Shown piece after piece: positions 7,206 to 16,759 of a DNA stretch of 64,000 bases. The DNA comes from Candidatus Doudnabacteria bacterium RIFCSPHIGHO2_02_FULL_42_25 (GTDB lineage Bacteria > Patescibacteriota > Doudnabacteria > UBA920 > O2-02-FULL-48-8). Under the pieces are notes generated by a model. That model saw only the letters and a list, made by a program, of their open reading frames with translations, was not told where the DNA came from and did no database searches. Made by a program: the position numbers and the translations under genes. Position 1 is the first letter of the stretch. Each line of letters begins with the position of its first letter. The stretch covers positions 278,300 through 342,299 of the forward strand of contig MFEQ01000006.1 of NCBI GenBank assembly GCA_001777665.1, read 5' to 3'.

Positions 7206-8309
7206 GTGTCAACACTCAATCTATTAGACGAAAAAATCTACGGAAACGCACTAAATTTGATTCCAGCATTGGGTCCAGTCAATTTAACCAAGCTTCTCAA
7301 CTACTGTGGGGGTTTTCTCAAGGCCTGGAATGCTGATGGACAAGATTATTTCAACGCTGGGATCTCGCCGAAAACTGTCGATAAGATTATAACAGATAAA
7401 CAAAAAATCAATCCAGAGCAATCATTCGCCGAAACTACTCGAAGACAAATCGAAATTTTGCTGATTTCTGAAAAATCGTATCCGCAATTGCTAAAAGAAA
7501 TTATTCCGGCGCCACCTCTGCTTTATGTCCGCGGCAATAAAAAAGTTTTGAATTCGCTAACAGTCGCTGTAGTCGGCACACGCAAAATCTCGAGCTACGG
7601 CACGATGGCTTGTGAAGAAATTACACTCGGTCTCACAAACAGTGGCATGACGATTGTTTCTGGACTAGCATACGGCGCCGACGCTGTAGCTCTCCAGACA
7701 GTAGTTGATAATCGTGGTAAAGGCATCGCCGTGCTGGCTTCTGATCTCAACGACACGAGTATTGCGCCGCGGTCAAATTTTAATCTAGCTCAAAAAATCC
7801 TAGAAAAAGGGTGTCTGGTTTCTGAATACCCGCTGGGCTACAGCGTACAAAAACAAAATTTCCCTATTCGTAATCGAATCATTTCTGGTTTAAGCCTCGG
7901 CACACTAGTTGTCGAAGCTGACATCGAAAGTGGAGCGCTGATCACGGCTAATTATAGTTTAGAACAAAATCGGGAAGTATTCGCTATACCCGGATCTATT
8001 TTTTCACCAACCAGTCGGGGCACGAATCAGCTCATCAAATCCGGAGCGAAAGTCGTGACTTCGGCCAATGATATTTTGGAAGAGCTGAATTTAGACACTG
8101 AAATTGTGGAGGCTCAAACCAACAATATCGAAATTACAGAAATCGAAAGCAAAATTCTGGAATTGCTTTCAAAAATCCCGATTCATATCGATGAGATTAT
8201 CAAATCTGCACAGGTCAATCCAGCGATCATCAGTGCGAATTTGACTCTGTTGGAAATAAAAGGCCGGATAAAAAATCTCGGAGGCGCGAAGTATGTTAAA
8301 ATTCGTTAG
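7206..8309 (+). CDS. dprA: DNA processing protein DprA (Rossmann-fold DNA-protecting protein, SMF family)
   Basis: The block VAVVGTRKISSYG…SGLAYGADAVALQ…FPIRNRIISGLSLGTLVVEA is the SMF/DprA signature. GTG start. Confidence 0.85.
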   Translation: MSTLNLLDEKIYGNALNLIPALGPVNLTKLLNYCGGFLKAWNADGQDYFNAGISPKTVDKIITDKQKINPEQSFAETTRRQIEILLISEKSYPQLLKEIIPAPPLLYVRGNKKVLNSLTVAVVGTRKISSYGTMACEEITLGLTNSGMTIVSGLAYGADAVALQTVVDNRGKGIAVLASDLNDTSIAPRSNFNLAQKILEKGCLVSEYPLGYSVQKQNFPIRNRIISGLSLGTLVVEADIESGALITANYSLEQNREVFAIPGSIFSPTSRGTNQLIKSGAKVVTSANDILEELNLDTEIVEAQTNNIEITEIESKILELLSKIPIHIDEIIKSAQVNPAIISANLTLLEIKGRIKNLGGAKYVKIR

Positions 8310-9396
8310 TCGTTTTACGTCAGCGCCACGCGTATCGGTTAACGTTAGACGATACGCGCAGCGCAGCCTTATAACGCTCACCGTGATTCTTCTCGTTCTT
8401 TTAATAGTTGTCTTTCTAAGTCCTAAAACTGCCCTAGGGCCAAAAACTGATAACCAAAAACCAAACCAACTTCCAAAACCTCCAACCACTACCCTGTTTT
8501 TTGCGGGTGACATCATGCTTTCGCGCAATGTCGCAGGCAAAATTTATACAGCCAACGACGTTCATCTCCCTTACTTAAACGTCAGTGAGAAAATTTTATC
8601 CGCTGATATTGCTTTTGCGAATCTAGAATCTCCGTTTAATAGCCAAGGAGATCATTCAGTCCAGAACAGTTTGATATTCAACGCTGATCCGAAATTCGCG
8701 GATGGACTATCAAATGCTGGTTTTGATATTTTATCTACAGCCAACAACCATTCGTTTGATCAGGGTAAATCCGCAATCGAATTTACGAGGGTCACCCTCG
8801 TAAATAATAATCTCGTGTCAGTTGGCACAGGAGTAGACTGTCACAGCGGAAAAATTATAGAAAAAAATCAGATCAAATTTGGATTTTTGGCTTACTCTTA
8901 TGCCGCACACAATGATGGTGGTAAAATTCCAGATCCTCTGGTTTGCGACTGGAATGATGAACAACAAATTGTTGCTGATATTCAGGCCATGCGGCCACAG
9001 GTCGATTTTTTGATCGTTTCCGCGCATATAGGCACTGAATACAAGCGAGTTCCAGACGAAGACAATGCATTGCGAGCGCGCAAAACCATAGATGCCGGAG
9101 CGGATTTATTTATCGGCCACCATCCACACTGGATCCAAACGATTGAGCAATATCAAGGTAAATGGATTTTCTATTCTTTGGGCAATTTTGTATTCGATCA
9201 AATGTGGAGCCAAGATACAAAAGAAGGTTTGACTATTACTGTCACACTTGAAGAAAAAGCGATCAAAAAAATCGAACTTAATCCGGTAGTTATCGAAAAT
9301 TATTGTTGTCCCATATGGGCTGATGACATGGAAAGTTTGGCCATCTTAAAGAAGATTGGCTTGACAACTAGAGTTTTATTAGGTGAAAATAAGTGA
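8293..9396 (+). CDS. CapA/PgsA-family metallophosphatase-like protein (poly-gamma-glutamate capsule synthesis family)
   Basis: FFAGDIM…FANLESP…ANNHSFD…SAHIGTEY…GHHPHWIQ…GNFVFDQ motifs are present. The exact start is uncertain because a palindrome lies at the 5' end. Confidence 0.75.
   Translation: MLKFVSRFTSAPRVSVNVRRYAQRSLITLTVILLVLLIVVFLSPKTALGPKTDNQKPNQLPKPPTTTLFFAGDIMLSRNVAGKIYTANDVHLPYLNVSEKILSADIAFANLESPFNSQGDHSVQNSLIFNADPKFADGLSNAGFDILSTANNHSFDQGKSAIEFTRVTLVNNNLVSVGTGVDCHSGKIIEKNQIKFGFLAYSYAAHNDGGKIPDPLVCDWNDEQQIVADIQAMRPQVDFLIVSAHIGTEYKRVPDEDNALRARKTIDAGADLFIGHHPHWIQTIEQYQGKWIFYSLGNFVFDQMWSQDTKEGLTITVTLEEKAIKKIELNPVVIENYCCPIWADDMESLAILKKIGLTTRVLLGENK
8321..8364. repeat. palindromic element, family 3, copy 1
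   Basis: CAGCGCCACGCGTATCG-GTTAACGTTAGA-CGATACGCGCAGCGCAG. A near-identical copy lies at 15165-15210. Confidence 0.7.
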
Positions 9397-9399
9397 GTT

Positions 9400-11709
9400 A
9401 TGGCAAAATCACTAGTCATAGTAGAGAGTCCGACTAAGGCAAAAACGATTTCCAAATTCCTCGACGGAAAGTATAAAGTCGAGGCGTCTTTTGGTCATAT
9501 CCGCGATTTGCCGACCAGTAAAATGGGAATCGACATCGAACATGATTTCGAACCTACATATGTCATTCCACCGAAAGCAAAAAAGAAAATTGCTGAACTA
9601 AAAAAATTGGCGAAAGATGCCGAAGAAATAATTCTCGCGACTGACGAAGACCGCGAAGGTGAAGCCATTGCCTGGCATTTGGTAGAGGCTTTGGGCTTAA
9701 ATAAAACTCATAAACCAGAAGCTAAAATCAAACGCATCGTTTTCCACGAAATTACGAGGTCGGCTATAGAAACCGCGATGGAACATCCTCGGGAGCTGGA
9801 TATAGATTTAGTCGACGCCCAGCAAGCACGCCGAGTACTCGACCGGTTGGTGGGTTATGAACTCTCCCCTTTCTTATGGAAGAAGGTTAAGAGAGGCTTG
9901 TCAGCCGGACGTGTCCAATCTGTCGCTGTGAGATTGGTCGTGGATCGCGAACGCGAAATCCAAAAATTTACTCCAGAAGAATATTGGAACATTATTGCGA
10001 CTTTTCATAAAGATAATAATTTCCTAGGTAAACTCAACAAAATCGACGGCAAAACTTTGGATAAACTCGGGATAAAAAACGAGACTCAAGCCAAGAAAAT
10101 TTTAGCTGATCTCGCCAACCGACCAGCCGAGGTCACAGAGGTTACGAAAAAAGAAGTCCGACGCAATCCAGCTGCTCCTTTTATTACATCTTCACTCCAG
10201 CAAGAAGCAGCTCGGAAGCTCGGTTTCAGTGCCAAACAGACCATGATGTACGCCCAGCAATTATATGAAGGTGTGGAACTTGGCGACGGCAGTGCGACAG
10301 GTTTAATTACCTATATGAGAACGGATTCAGTTAATCTTTCTGAGTTTGCGCTCGATTCAGCCCACAAAGCGATCATGGAACGATATGGTAAAGACTATTT
10401 ACTCGATACTCCTCGCAAATATGCGTCCCGATCGAAAAACGCCCAGGAAGCACATGAAGCCATCCGACCAACTGATTTACAAAGAGATCCCGAAAGTCTC
10501 AAAGACCACCTCGATCGCAACCAACATCGACTTTATGATTTGATTTGGAAACGAACAATCGCTAGCCAAATGCCAGAAGCTGTATTTGATCAAACCGCGG
10601 TTGATATCGAGATTAAAGGTGATAAAAAATACACCTTCCGTGCCAATGGCCAAGTCATCAAATTCGATGGATTCATGAAAGTTTACCTAGAAGGCACTGA
10701 TGAAGAAGAGCCTACTGAAGAAGACCTGCCCGCCATGCCTCGTGGTGGGCCAGATGACAAGGCGTGGCAGGCGGGCGGGTTGCTACCTGAACTCAAGGTT
10801 GGCGATAAACCAAAAGTCGTTAAAATTTTACCGAAACAATCTTTCACCCAACCTCTACCTCGCTACACTGATGCCACTCTGATCAAAGCTTTAGAAGAAC
10901 AAGGGATCGGCCGTCCCTCGACTTATGCGCCAACCCTGACAACAATTCAAGAACGCGATTACGTCAATAAAATTGATAAAAAATACCATCCGACTGAAAT
11001 GGGTTTTATCGTTAATGATATTTTAGTTGAACATTTCCCAAAAATTGTAGATCTCCAATTCACAGCGCTTATGGAAGATGAATTGGATGGCATAGCCACG
11101 GGTGAAAAGGCCTGGGTGCCGGTGATCAAAGAATTTTATGGCCCCTTCCATGAAAATTTGAAAACTAAAGAAAAAGAAGTCGAACGCCATGTCGAAATTT
11201 TGGATGAAAAATGTCCTCTTTCGGGTCATCCCCTACAGATTAAGTTTGGCCGGTTTGGAAAATTTGTGGCATGTACTAATTATCCAGAATGTAAATTCAC
11301 CCGTCCGATGCCAGAAGAACAAAAATTGATCGAAGAAAATAGCGGGGAAATTTGCGATGTTTGCGGTCGTCCTATGATCGTAAAGTTTGGTCGGTTTGGT
11401 GCTTTCCTCGGTTGCAGTGGTTATCCGGATTGTAAAAATATCAAAAAGATTCAAAAAGGTACTGGTGTCACTTGCCCATCCTGCGGCGAAGGCGAATTGG
11501 TAGAACGACGCAGCAAACGTGGAATTTTCTATTCTTGTTCCAAATATCCGAAATGTAAATTCCTGATGAATGGTAAACCGACTGGTGAAAAATGCCCGCA
11601 ATCGGGCGATCTATTGATGGAAACTAAAAACGGTACTCTGAAGTGCAGCAACAAAGAATGTGACTATGAACGCGAAGCTGCCCCCGCTGAAGTTGAAAAA
11701 GCAAAATAA
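9400..11709 (+). CDS. topA: DNA topoisomerase I with three C-terminal zinc ribbons
   Basis: Toprim N-terminus (LVIVESPTKAKTI), an active-site Tyr region and repeated CxxC…CxxC zinc-ribbon modules are present. Confidence 0.9.
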   Translation: MAKSLVIVESPTKAKTISKFLDGKYKVEASFGHIRDLPTSKMGIDIEHDFEPTYVIPPKAKKKIAELKKLAKDAEEIILATDEDREGEAIAWHLVEALGLNKTHKPEAKIKRIVFHEITRSAIETAMEHPRELDIDLVDAQQARRVLDRLVGYELSPFLWKKVKRGLSAGRVQSVAVRLVVDREREIQKFTPEEYWNIIATFHKDNNFLGKLNKIDGKTLDKLGIKNETQAKKILADLANRPAEVTEVTKKEVRRNPAAPFITSSLQQEAARKLGFSAKQTMMYAQQLYEGVELGDGSATGLITYMRTDSVNLSEFALDSAHKAIMERYGKDYLLDTPRKYASRSKNAQEAHEAIRPTDLQRDPESLKDHLDRNQHRLYDLIWKRTIASQMPEAVFDQTAVDIEIKGDKKYTFRANGQVIKFDGFMKVYLEGTDEEEPTEEDLPAMPRGGPDDKAWQAGGLLPELKVGDKPKVVKILPKQSFTQPLPRYTDATLIKALEEQGIGRPSTYAPTLTTIQERDYVNKIDKKYHPTEMGFIVNDILVEHFPKIVDLQFTALMEDELDGIATGEKAWVPVIKEFYGPFHENLKTKEKEVERHVEILDEKCPLSGHPLQIKFGRFGKFVACTNYPECKFTRPMPEEQKLIEENSGEICDVCGRPMIVKFGRFGAFLGCSGYPDCKNIKKIQKGTGVTCPSCGEGELVERRSKRGIFYSCSKYPKCKFLMNGKPTGEKCPQSGDLLMETKNGTLKCSNKECDYEREAAPAEVEKAK
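10725..10775 (+). repeat. 51-bp palindromic element inserted in-frame in topA
   Basis: CCTGCCCGCCATGCC-N21-GGCGTGGCAGGCGGG. It encodes LPAMPRGGPDDKAWQAGG. Confidence 0.85.
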
Positions 11710-11741
11710 TCATGTATAATAAATTTAATTAATTTATAAAT

Positions 11742-11930
11742 ATGGAATCAGAAGCATACAACCACGAAAAAATTAAGGCTGAACTCGATGATTTACAGAG
11801 ACAAATCGCTCAGCTAGAAGCAGAAAACAATCCAGCAAGCAAGGAAGACCGAGATCTTCTGCACCAAAGGTACGAAGCATTACAGAAAAAATATAGCGCT
11901 GATCACGAACACCTCTCTAGAGCAGCATAA
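11742..11930 (+). CDS. small coiled-coil hypothetical protein
   Basis: 62-aa ORF followed immediately by a strong bidirectional terminator. Confidence 0.4.
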   Translation: MESEAYNHEKIKAELDDLQRQIAQLEAENNPASKEDRDLLHQRYEALQKKYSADHEHLSRAA

Positions 11931-11965
11931 AAAAAATCCCCCGAGATATCGGGGGATTTTTTTAT
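11930..11965. terminator. bidirectional rho-independent terminator
   Basis: AAAAAATCCCCCGAGATATCGGGGGATTTTTTT. Confidence 0.8.
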
Positions 11966-12702
11966 TTCTTATCATGACCAGTGAAGGCTTTAAGAACCTC
12001 CAACGGTATAGTGAAAACAATCGTATTCGACGCGTCAGAGCTAATGTCATTCATGGACTGTAATGTTCTCAAATGGAGAGCACCTGGTGCCGCTGATAGT
12101 ATTCCTGCGGCTTTGGCCATATTACCTGCCGCGGCTACTTCTCCTTCGGATTGAATGATCACTGCTCGCCTTTCTCTTTCTGCTTCTGCCTGTTTCGCTA
12201 TGGTCCGCTCCATTTCTTGAGGCAATGCTACATCTTTCAGTTCGACGTTGTCAACCTTGATTCCCCAATCATCCGATGCCGCATCGACTATTGTGCGAAT
12301 TCTATCTGATATTGCATCCCGCTGACTTAAAAGTTCATCCAATTCTACCTGTCCGACGACATTTCGCATGGTCGTTTGCGCTAGCTGGGACATGGCGTAG
12401 AAAAAATCTTCAACTTCGAGTACAGCTTTGGATGCATCCGCGACTTTATAATAAATAACTGCATTGACCCCGACAGCGATGTTGTCTTTGGTGATCGCTT
12501 TTTGATCTGGCACATCGACTGCTTTGACCCGGATATCCACTCTAGTCATGCTCTGGAACACTGGCACGACTATCCGCCAACCTGGTTCTTTGATCCCCGA
12601 AAAACGACCCATAGTGAACATCACTCCGCGCTGGTATTGGTTGACCTGACGCAAGAACGACAGAAACAAAATCACCAAAACTATTACTACTACATATGTC
12701 AT
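11962..12702 (-). CDS. SPFH/band-7 (stomatin/prohibitin-like) membrane protein
   Basis: N-terminal TM segment and an SPFH core (…IDIRVKAVDVPDQKAITKDN…VGQVELDELLSQRD…). Confidence 0.8.
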   Translation of the reverse strand: MTYVVVIVLVILFLSFLRQVNQYQRGVMFTMGRFSGIKEPGWRIVVPVFQSMTRVDIRVKAVDVPDQKAITKDNIAVGVNAVIYYKVADASKAVLEVEDFFYAMSQLAQTTMRNVVGQVELDELLSQRDAISDRIRTIVDAASDDWGIKVDNVELKDVALPQEMERTIAKQAEAERERRAVIIQSEGEVAAAGNMAKAAGILSAAPGALHLRTLQSMNDISSDASNTIVFTIPLEVLKAFTGHDKK

Positions 12703-13766
12703 ATATTTTTGTTAATTGCTGAAGTTATAATAGCACTTTCTACGATTTCTTCCACTTCCTTTGCATTCTGGGTCTCCATTAATTTCACTCGCAATTCTTT
12801 GGCCCCGTCGAATCCGTTGACATAGGCTTTGTAATGTTTCTTCATGGTCTCGAAACTTTTGATCCCGGCAAATTTTTGCTCAAATAGTTTCGTATGCTCG
12901 ATCATGACTTTCAAACGTTCGGACAAAGAAATTTGTGGCTTGCGACTAAACAGCCACGGGTTGCCGAAAATTCCACGGCCAATCATGATCCCATCACATC
13001 CGGTTTCTGCAACTTTCTGTTCTGCTTCAGCTAAATTTGCGACATCCCCATTGCCTAAGATTAAAGTCTCTTTAGATATCTGATCTCTGATATCTGTTAT
13101 CTGTCTCATAACTTCCCAGTGCGCAGGGACTTTGGACATTTCTTTTACAGTACGCAGGTGCACAGTCAGTACAGAAATCTCGGTTTTCAATATTGTCGGC
13201 AACCACGTATCAATTTCAATTTTGTTAAAACCAATTCTGGTTTTGACCGAAACCGGGAGCTCCCCTGCTCCTTCTTTCGTCGCATGAATAATCTCTTGTG
13301 CCAGAGCTGGTGTTTTGATTAAAGCCGAGCAGGCTTTTTGATTGAGAATTTTTTTGACTGGACAACCCATGTTTATATCCACGCCATCAAACCCTAATTC
13401 TTTGATTAATTTAGCAGCTTTATAAAAATTTTCAGGATTGGATCCAAAAATCTGGGCGACTATCGGATGTTCGTTTTCTCCATACCAAAAATCAACCAGT
13501 AATCGACTCAATCCTTCGGAGTTGAGCCCATCTACAGATACGAATTCGGTCCAGAACACATCTGGCTTGCCGTATTTAGCAATCAATTCCCGAAACGCGG
13601 CATCGGTCACATCTGCCAGCGGAGCCAAAACCATTATCGGCCTGCCCGCAACGCCAGCAAGCTGGCTTGCGTGGCGGGCGGGCTTTTTCAATTTTTCCCA
13701 AAATCCTAAATTCATAAATGCTTCCCATCCCAGCGAAAGCTGGGATCCACTACTTAAATTACACAA
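12699..13766 (-). CDS. dus: tRNA-dihydrouridine synthase (TIM-barrel FMN enzyme)
   Basis: LAPLADVTD…VDINMGCPVKK…SVKTRIG motifs are present. The likely true start is the internal Met near 13717. An in-frame palindrome lies in the N-terminus. Confidence 0.8.
   Translation of the reverse strand: MCNLSSGSQLSLGWEAFMNLGFWEKLKKPARHASQLAGVAGRPIMVLAPLADVTDAAFRELIAKYGKPDVFWTEFVSVDGLNSEGLSRLLVDFWYGENEHPIVAQIFGSNPENFYKAAKLIKELGFDGVDINMGCPVKKILNQKACSALIKTPALAQEIIHATKEGAGELPVSVKTRIGFNKIEIDTWLPTILKTEISVLTVHLRTVKEMSKVPAHWEVMRQITDIRDQISKETLILGNGDVANLAEAEQKVAETGCDGIMIGRGIFGNPWLFSRKPQISLSERLKVMIEHTKLFEQKFAGIKSFETMKKHYKAYVNGFDGAKELRVKLMETQNAKEVEEIVESAIITSAINKNI
13640..13684 (-). repeat. ~45-bp palindromic element variant in-frame in the dus N-terminus
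   Basis: GCCTGCCCGCAACGCC-AGCAAGCTGGCTTGC-GTGGCGGGCGGGC. It encodes KKPARHASQLAGVAGRP immediately ahead of the conserved LAPLADVTD. Confidence 0.65.
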
Positions 13767-13859
13767 TCAGGTTTTTAATTATTGAAATGGACCCCGGATC
13801 AAGTCCGGGGTGGTTACAGTAAATCTTACCAAATTTTCCCCAACAAAAAAAGCCCTCCC

Positions 13860-15173
13860 TCAATCATTTTTCATGAAGATCCTGTTTTCGGTAGTCCAAT
13901 AAGAAATCGCTTTGGTGAATGGTAAAATAGATAGAAAATATCTCAAATCCGCGGCTTTGCGGATGAGCCAACCCGAAAATCCGGACATAATCACACTCGG
14001 TGTATAAAAAATAGCAAATTTTCCAGTCACAGGAATAATAAATCGTAACGCTACTGGATGATAACTAAGCAGCGGCTTGTCTTTGATCATGCGGTAAATA
14101 TTTTTGGCGACATATTTGCCTTGATTGATAGCTTCTTGTGCAGTTTGTGGCACTGGCTTTTTTGTAACTGGATCCACTATTCCGGTATTGTCCCCGGCGA
14201 GAAATACGCGTGGGTATTGCGATAAATTCAAAGCAGTCGCCACGATGGTCCGATCTTTTTTATCTCGTTCGAGTTCTCCGCCAGCTGGCAGATCTAGCGG
14301 CAACCGGATGGACCTGACTCCACCCGTCCAAATCAGCAAATCACAATCCACCCGTTCTTTCATATTTAGAATCACGTGATCCTTCCCAGTGTCAGTAATC
14401 AGTGATGAGAATCTAGTTTCAATTCCCATAGTAGTAAGTCGACTGCCGATTATTGCCGAAATTTTCTCCGACAGTCCGGATAAATAACTCGTCCCCCCTT
14501 CGACCATCACAACCTTGTAATTATTTAAATCTTTTTGATGGTGTGCACATTCATGCTTGAGCAGATTGTGTACTTCCCCGGCAAATTCAGTTCCAGCAAA
14601 ACCAGCACCACCGATAATAATGCAGCCACTGTCCTTTTTCGCAACTAAATCTTCGATACGATTCCGAATCATAATCGCATCTTCTAGACTTTTCAGTGTA
14701 AATCCGTACTTATCCAAATTCGGAATGTCATAATAATCGGGAACACTTCCCATAGCGATCACCAAATAATCAAAAGCTAAGATGCGCGAGTCAGTTATTA
14801 CTTTGCCGTTTATTAAATCAATCCGATCAACATAACCTTTGAAAACTTTTACTCTTGTTCGTTTAAAAATGTCATCGAAAGAAATCGCCACGGTATGCTT
14901 AACTTTTTTTGCTTCGACTAATCGGTGTTCTGTCGTGGCTGCTTCATAGAGAGCGGAATTAAAAGTTTGATAATCCTTTCGGTCAACTAAAATAATTTCG
15001 TATTCTAAATCATCGTGGAGGTAATTGTTCAAATCCAAAGCCGCTCGGACTCCGGCGAATCCGCCACCAAGAATGATAATATGTTTTTTCTCTTCTGGAA
15101 TTTTTGATTTCATGAATAAAAACAGCCCCTTTATTATACCATAAGCTGCGTTAATAGTTTTTCGGCAGCGCAA
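13860..15173 (-). CDS. type II NADH dehydrogenase-like FAD/NAD(P)-binding oxidoreductase
   Basis: Two GxGxxG dinucleotide folds are present (IIILGGGFAGV and IIIGGAGFAGTEFAGE). The C-terminal extension contains a near-copy of the PPAGG palindrome. Confidence 0.75.
   Translation of the reverse strand: MRCRKTINAAYGIIKGLFLFMKSKIPEEKKHIIILGGGFAGVRAALDLNNYLHDDLEYEIILVDRKDYQTFNSALYEAATTEHRLVEAKKVKHTVAISFDDIFKRTRVKVFKGYVDRIDLINGKVITDSRILAFDYLVIAMGSVPDYYDIPNLDKYGFTLKSLEDAIMIRNRIEDLVAKKDSGCIIIGGAGFAGTEFAGEVHNLLKHECAHHQKDLNNYKVVMVEGGTSYLSGLSEKISAIIGSRLTTMGIETRFSSLITDTGKDHVILNMKERVDCDLLIWTGGVRSIRLPLDLPAGGELERDKKDRTIVATALNLSQYPRVFLAGDNTGIVDPVTKKPVPQTAQEAINQGKYVAKNIYRMIKDKPLLSYHPVALRFIIPVTGKFAIFYTPSVIMSGFSGWLIRKAADLRYFLSILPFTKAISYWTTENRIFMKND
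14278..14290. repeat. near-palindrome CCGCCAGCTGGCA in-frame, encoding LPAGG
   Basis: 13/14 match to CCGCCAGCTGGCGG. Confidence 0.5.
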
Positions 15174-15210
15174 CGCGTATCGGTTAACGTTAGACGATAC
15201 GCGCGGCGCC
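15165..15210. repeat. palindromic element, family 3, copy 2 (intergenic)
   Basis: CAGCGCAACGCGTATCGGTTAACGTTAGACGATACGCGCGGCGC. Confidence 0.7.
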
Positions 15211-15221
15211 GACGAATAACT

Positions 15222-15938
15222 CTAGACGATGTCTTTTTTAGTTATGAATTTATGCTTGCCTAGGGGTAAATCACCCAACTTTACTTTTCCAACCCGGATT
15301 CGCTTGAGATTGCGAATCGTATAACCAAAAGCCGCAAACATTCTACGGACTTGGCGATTCCAGCCTTCGTGAATTGTGATATAGATAGTTGTACCGTTTG
15401 CTCGAACTTTGGCTGGTGCTGTTTTCTTGCCATCCAATTCCATGCCTTCCCGAAGTTTCGTGATCCGTCCTTCTGATAACTCTTTATTCAAAACCACCTC
15501 GTACTCTTTTTCGTGTTCTTTCGACGGATGTGCCAAGTCCTGAGTTAATTCTCCGTCATTAGTAAACAATAATAATCCTTCGGTATTGAAATCCAGGCGC
15601 CCGATGGGCCAGACCACTGATCGAAGATCTGCAGGTAATAAATCAAAAACAGTTTTGCGTTTTCGGGGATCATTCCGCGTAGTCAAATATCGCTTCGGTT
15701 TGTTCATCATGAGATAGATTAAACTTTTAACAGTTAACTTTTTACCATTAACCTCTACACGGTCTTTGGCAATGTCGGCTTTGGTTCCCAGCTCACGAAC
15801 TACTTGGCCATTCACTTTGACTTTGCCAGCCAAAATCAACTCCTCGGCATGACGCCTGGAAGCAATTCCTGCTTGGGAGATTATCTTTTGTAAACGCTCT
15901 TGCATGAGGTTTAATGCTATAATTAATTTATTAACCAT
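15222..15938 (-). CDS. pseudouridine synthase, RsuA/RluB family (S4 domain plus catalytic domain)
   Basis: An S4 domain at the N-terminus and the catalytic-Asp motif GRLDFNTEGLLLFTNDG are present. Confidence 0.85.
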   Translation of the reverse strand: MVNKLIIALNLMQERLQKIISQAGIASRRHAEELILAGKVKVNGQVVRELGTKADIAKDRVEVNGKKLTVKSLIYLMMNKPKRYLTTRNDPRKRKTVFDLLPADLRSVVWPIGRLDFNTEGLLLFTNDGELTQDLAHPSKEHEKEYEVVLNKELSEGRITKLREGMELDGKKTAPAKVRANGTTIYITIHEGWNRQVRRMFAAFGYTIRNLKRIRVGKVKLGDLPLGKHKFITKKDIV

Positions 15939-16062
15939 TGCGAGAAGCTGATTATTTTTGACTAGAGTTAGTCTGGTCAGCGACGAAGCAATCTTAGGAC
16001 AAGATCGCCACGCGACCGCTTAGCTGGTTCTAGTAAGCTTCGGCCGCTCGCGATGGGCTACA

Positions 16063-16578
16063 ATGATCAAAAGATTTCTTGATAACTTCTGGGCATGGTA
16101 TAACGAACATTATTTATTTGCGATAACAGCAACTACACTGTTGTTTTTGCTGCAAGCCTTCCATCTTTACTGGCTATTTACTGATGTGGTGCTGCAAAAA
16201 ATTACTGGTAGCAGCTACTTCGTTTTTCCTCCATTCTGGGGAGCGCTATCTGCTATATTAGATTACACGGAAATCCCGGCTTTGATAAGTACCTCACTCG
16301 TCTATATCAATCAGCTCCGAAAATCAGAAACCGATCAATCCAAATGGCGAGCTATCAGATATTTAGTTATGATCAATATCCAGTGGTTGCATTTGTTCTG
16401 GATTACAGATGAAGTGGTGATTGAACACTTCCGTGGTCAAGAGGCACTTTTTCATTGGTCAGCAATTATCGCCTGGATCGCCATTCTGATTGACTACGCT
16501 GAATTACCTGTCATGTACGACACGGCCAAAGAAACAATCAAAGAATTCAGGAAGAAGTATAGCACACCCAAGGCTTGA
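16063..16578 (+). CDS. hypothetical multi-pass membrane protein
   Basis: 171 aa with four predicted TM segments. Confidence 0.5.
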   Translation: MIKRFLDNFWAWYNEHYLFAITATTLLFLLQAFHLYWLFTDVVLQKITGSSYFVFPPFWGALSAILDYTEIPALISTSLVYINQLRKSETDQSKWRAIRYLVMINIQWLHLFWITDEVVIEHFRGQEALFHWSAIIAWIAILIDYAELPVMYDTAKETIKEFRKKYSTPKA

Positions 16579-16602
16579 AAAAATCCATAAAATCTGTATA
16601 AT
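16575..16602 (+). promoter_or_regulatory. sigma70-type promoter for tRNA-Lys
   Basis: TTGAAA, a 16-nt spacer, then TATAAT, about 15 nt upstream of the tRNA 5' end. Confidence 0.7.
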
Positions 16603-16617
16603 ATCTAGGTCTTGTGA

Positions 16618-16692
16618 GGGTGTGTAGCTCAGTGGTAGAGCACCTGCCTTTTAAGCAGAGGGTCGCGCGTTCGATCCGCGCCACACCCACCA
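16618..16692 (+). tRNA. tRNA-Lys (anticodon TTT)
   Basis: GGGTGTG-TA-GCTCAGTGGTAGAGC-A-CCTGC-CTTTTAA-GCAGA-GGGTC-GCGCG-TTCGATC-CGCGC-CACACCC-A-CCA. Confidence 0.9.
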
Positions 16693-16759
16693 AGAATATT
16701 GACAACTTAGTTAAAAACCAAGTACAATAAATATATAAGGCGGCTGAAAGGCCGTTTTT

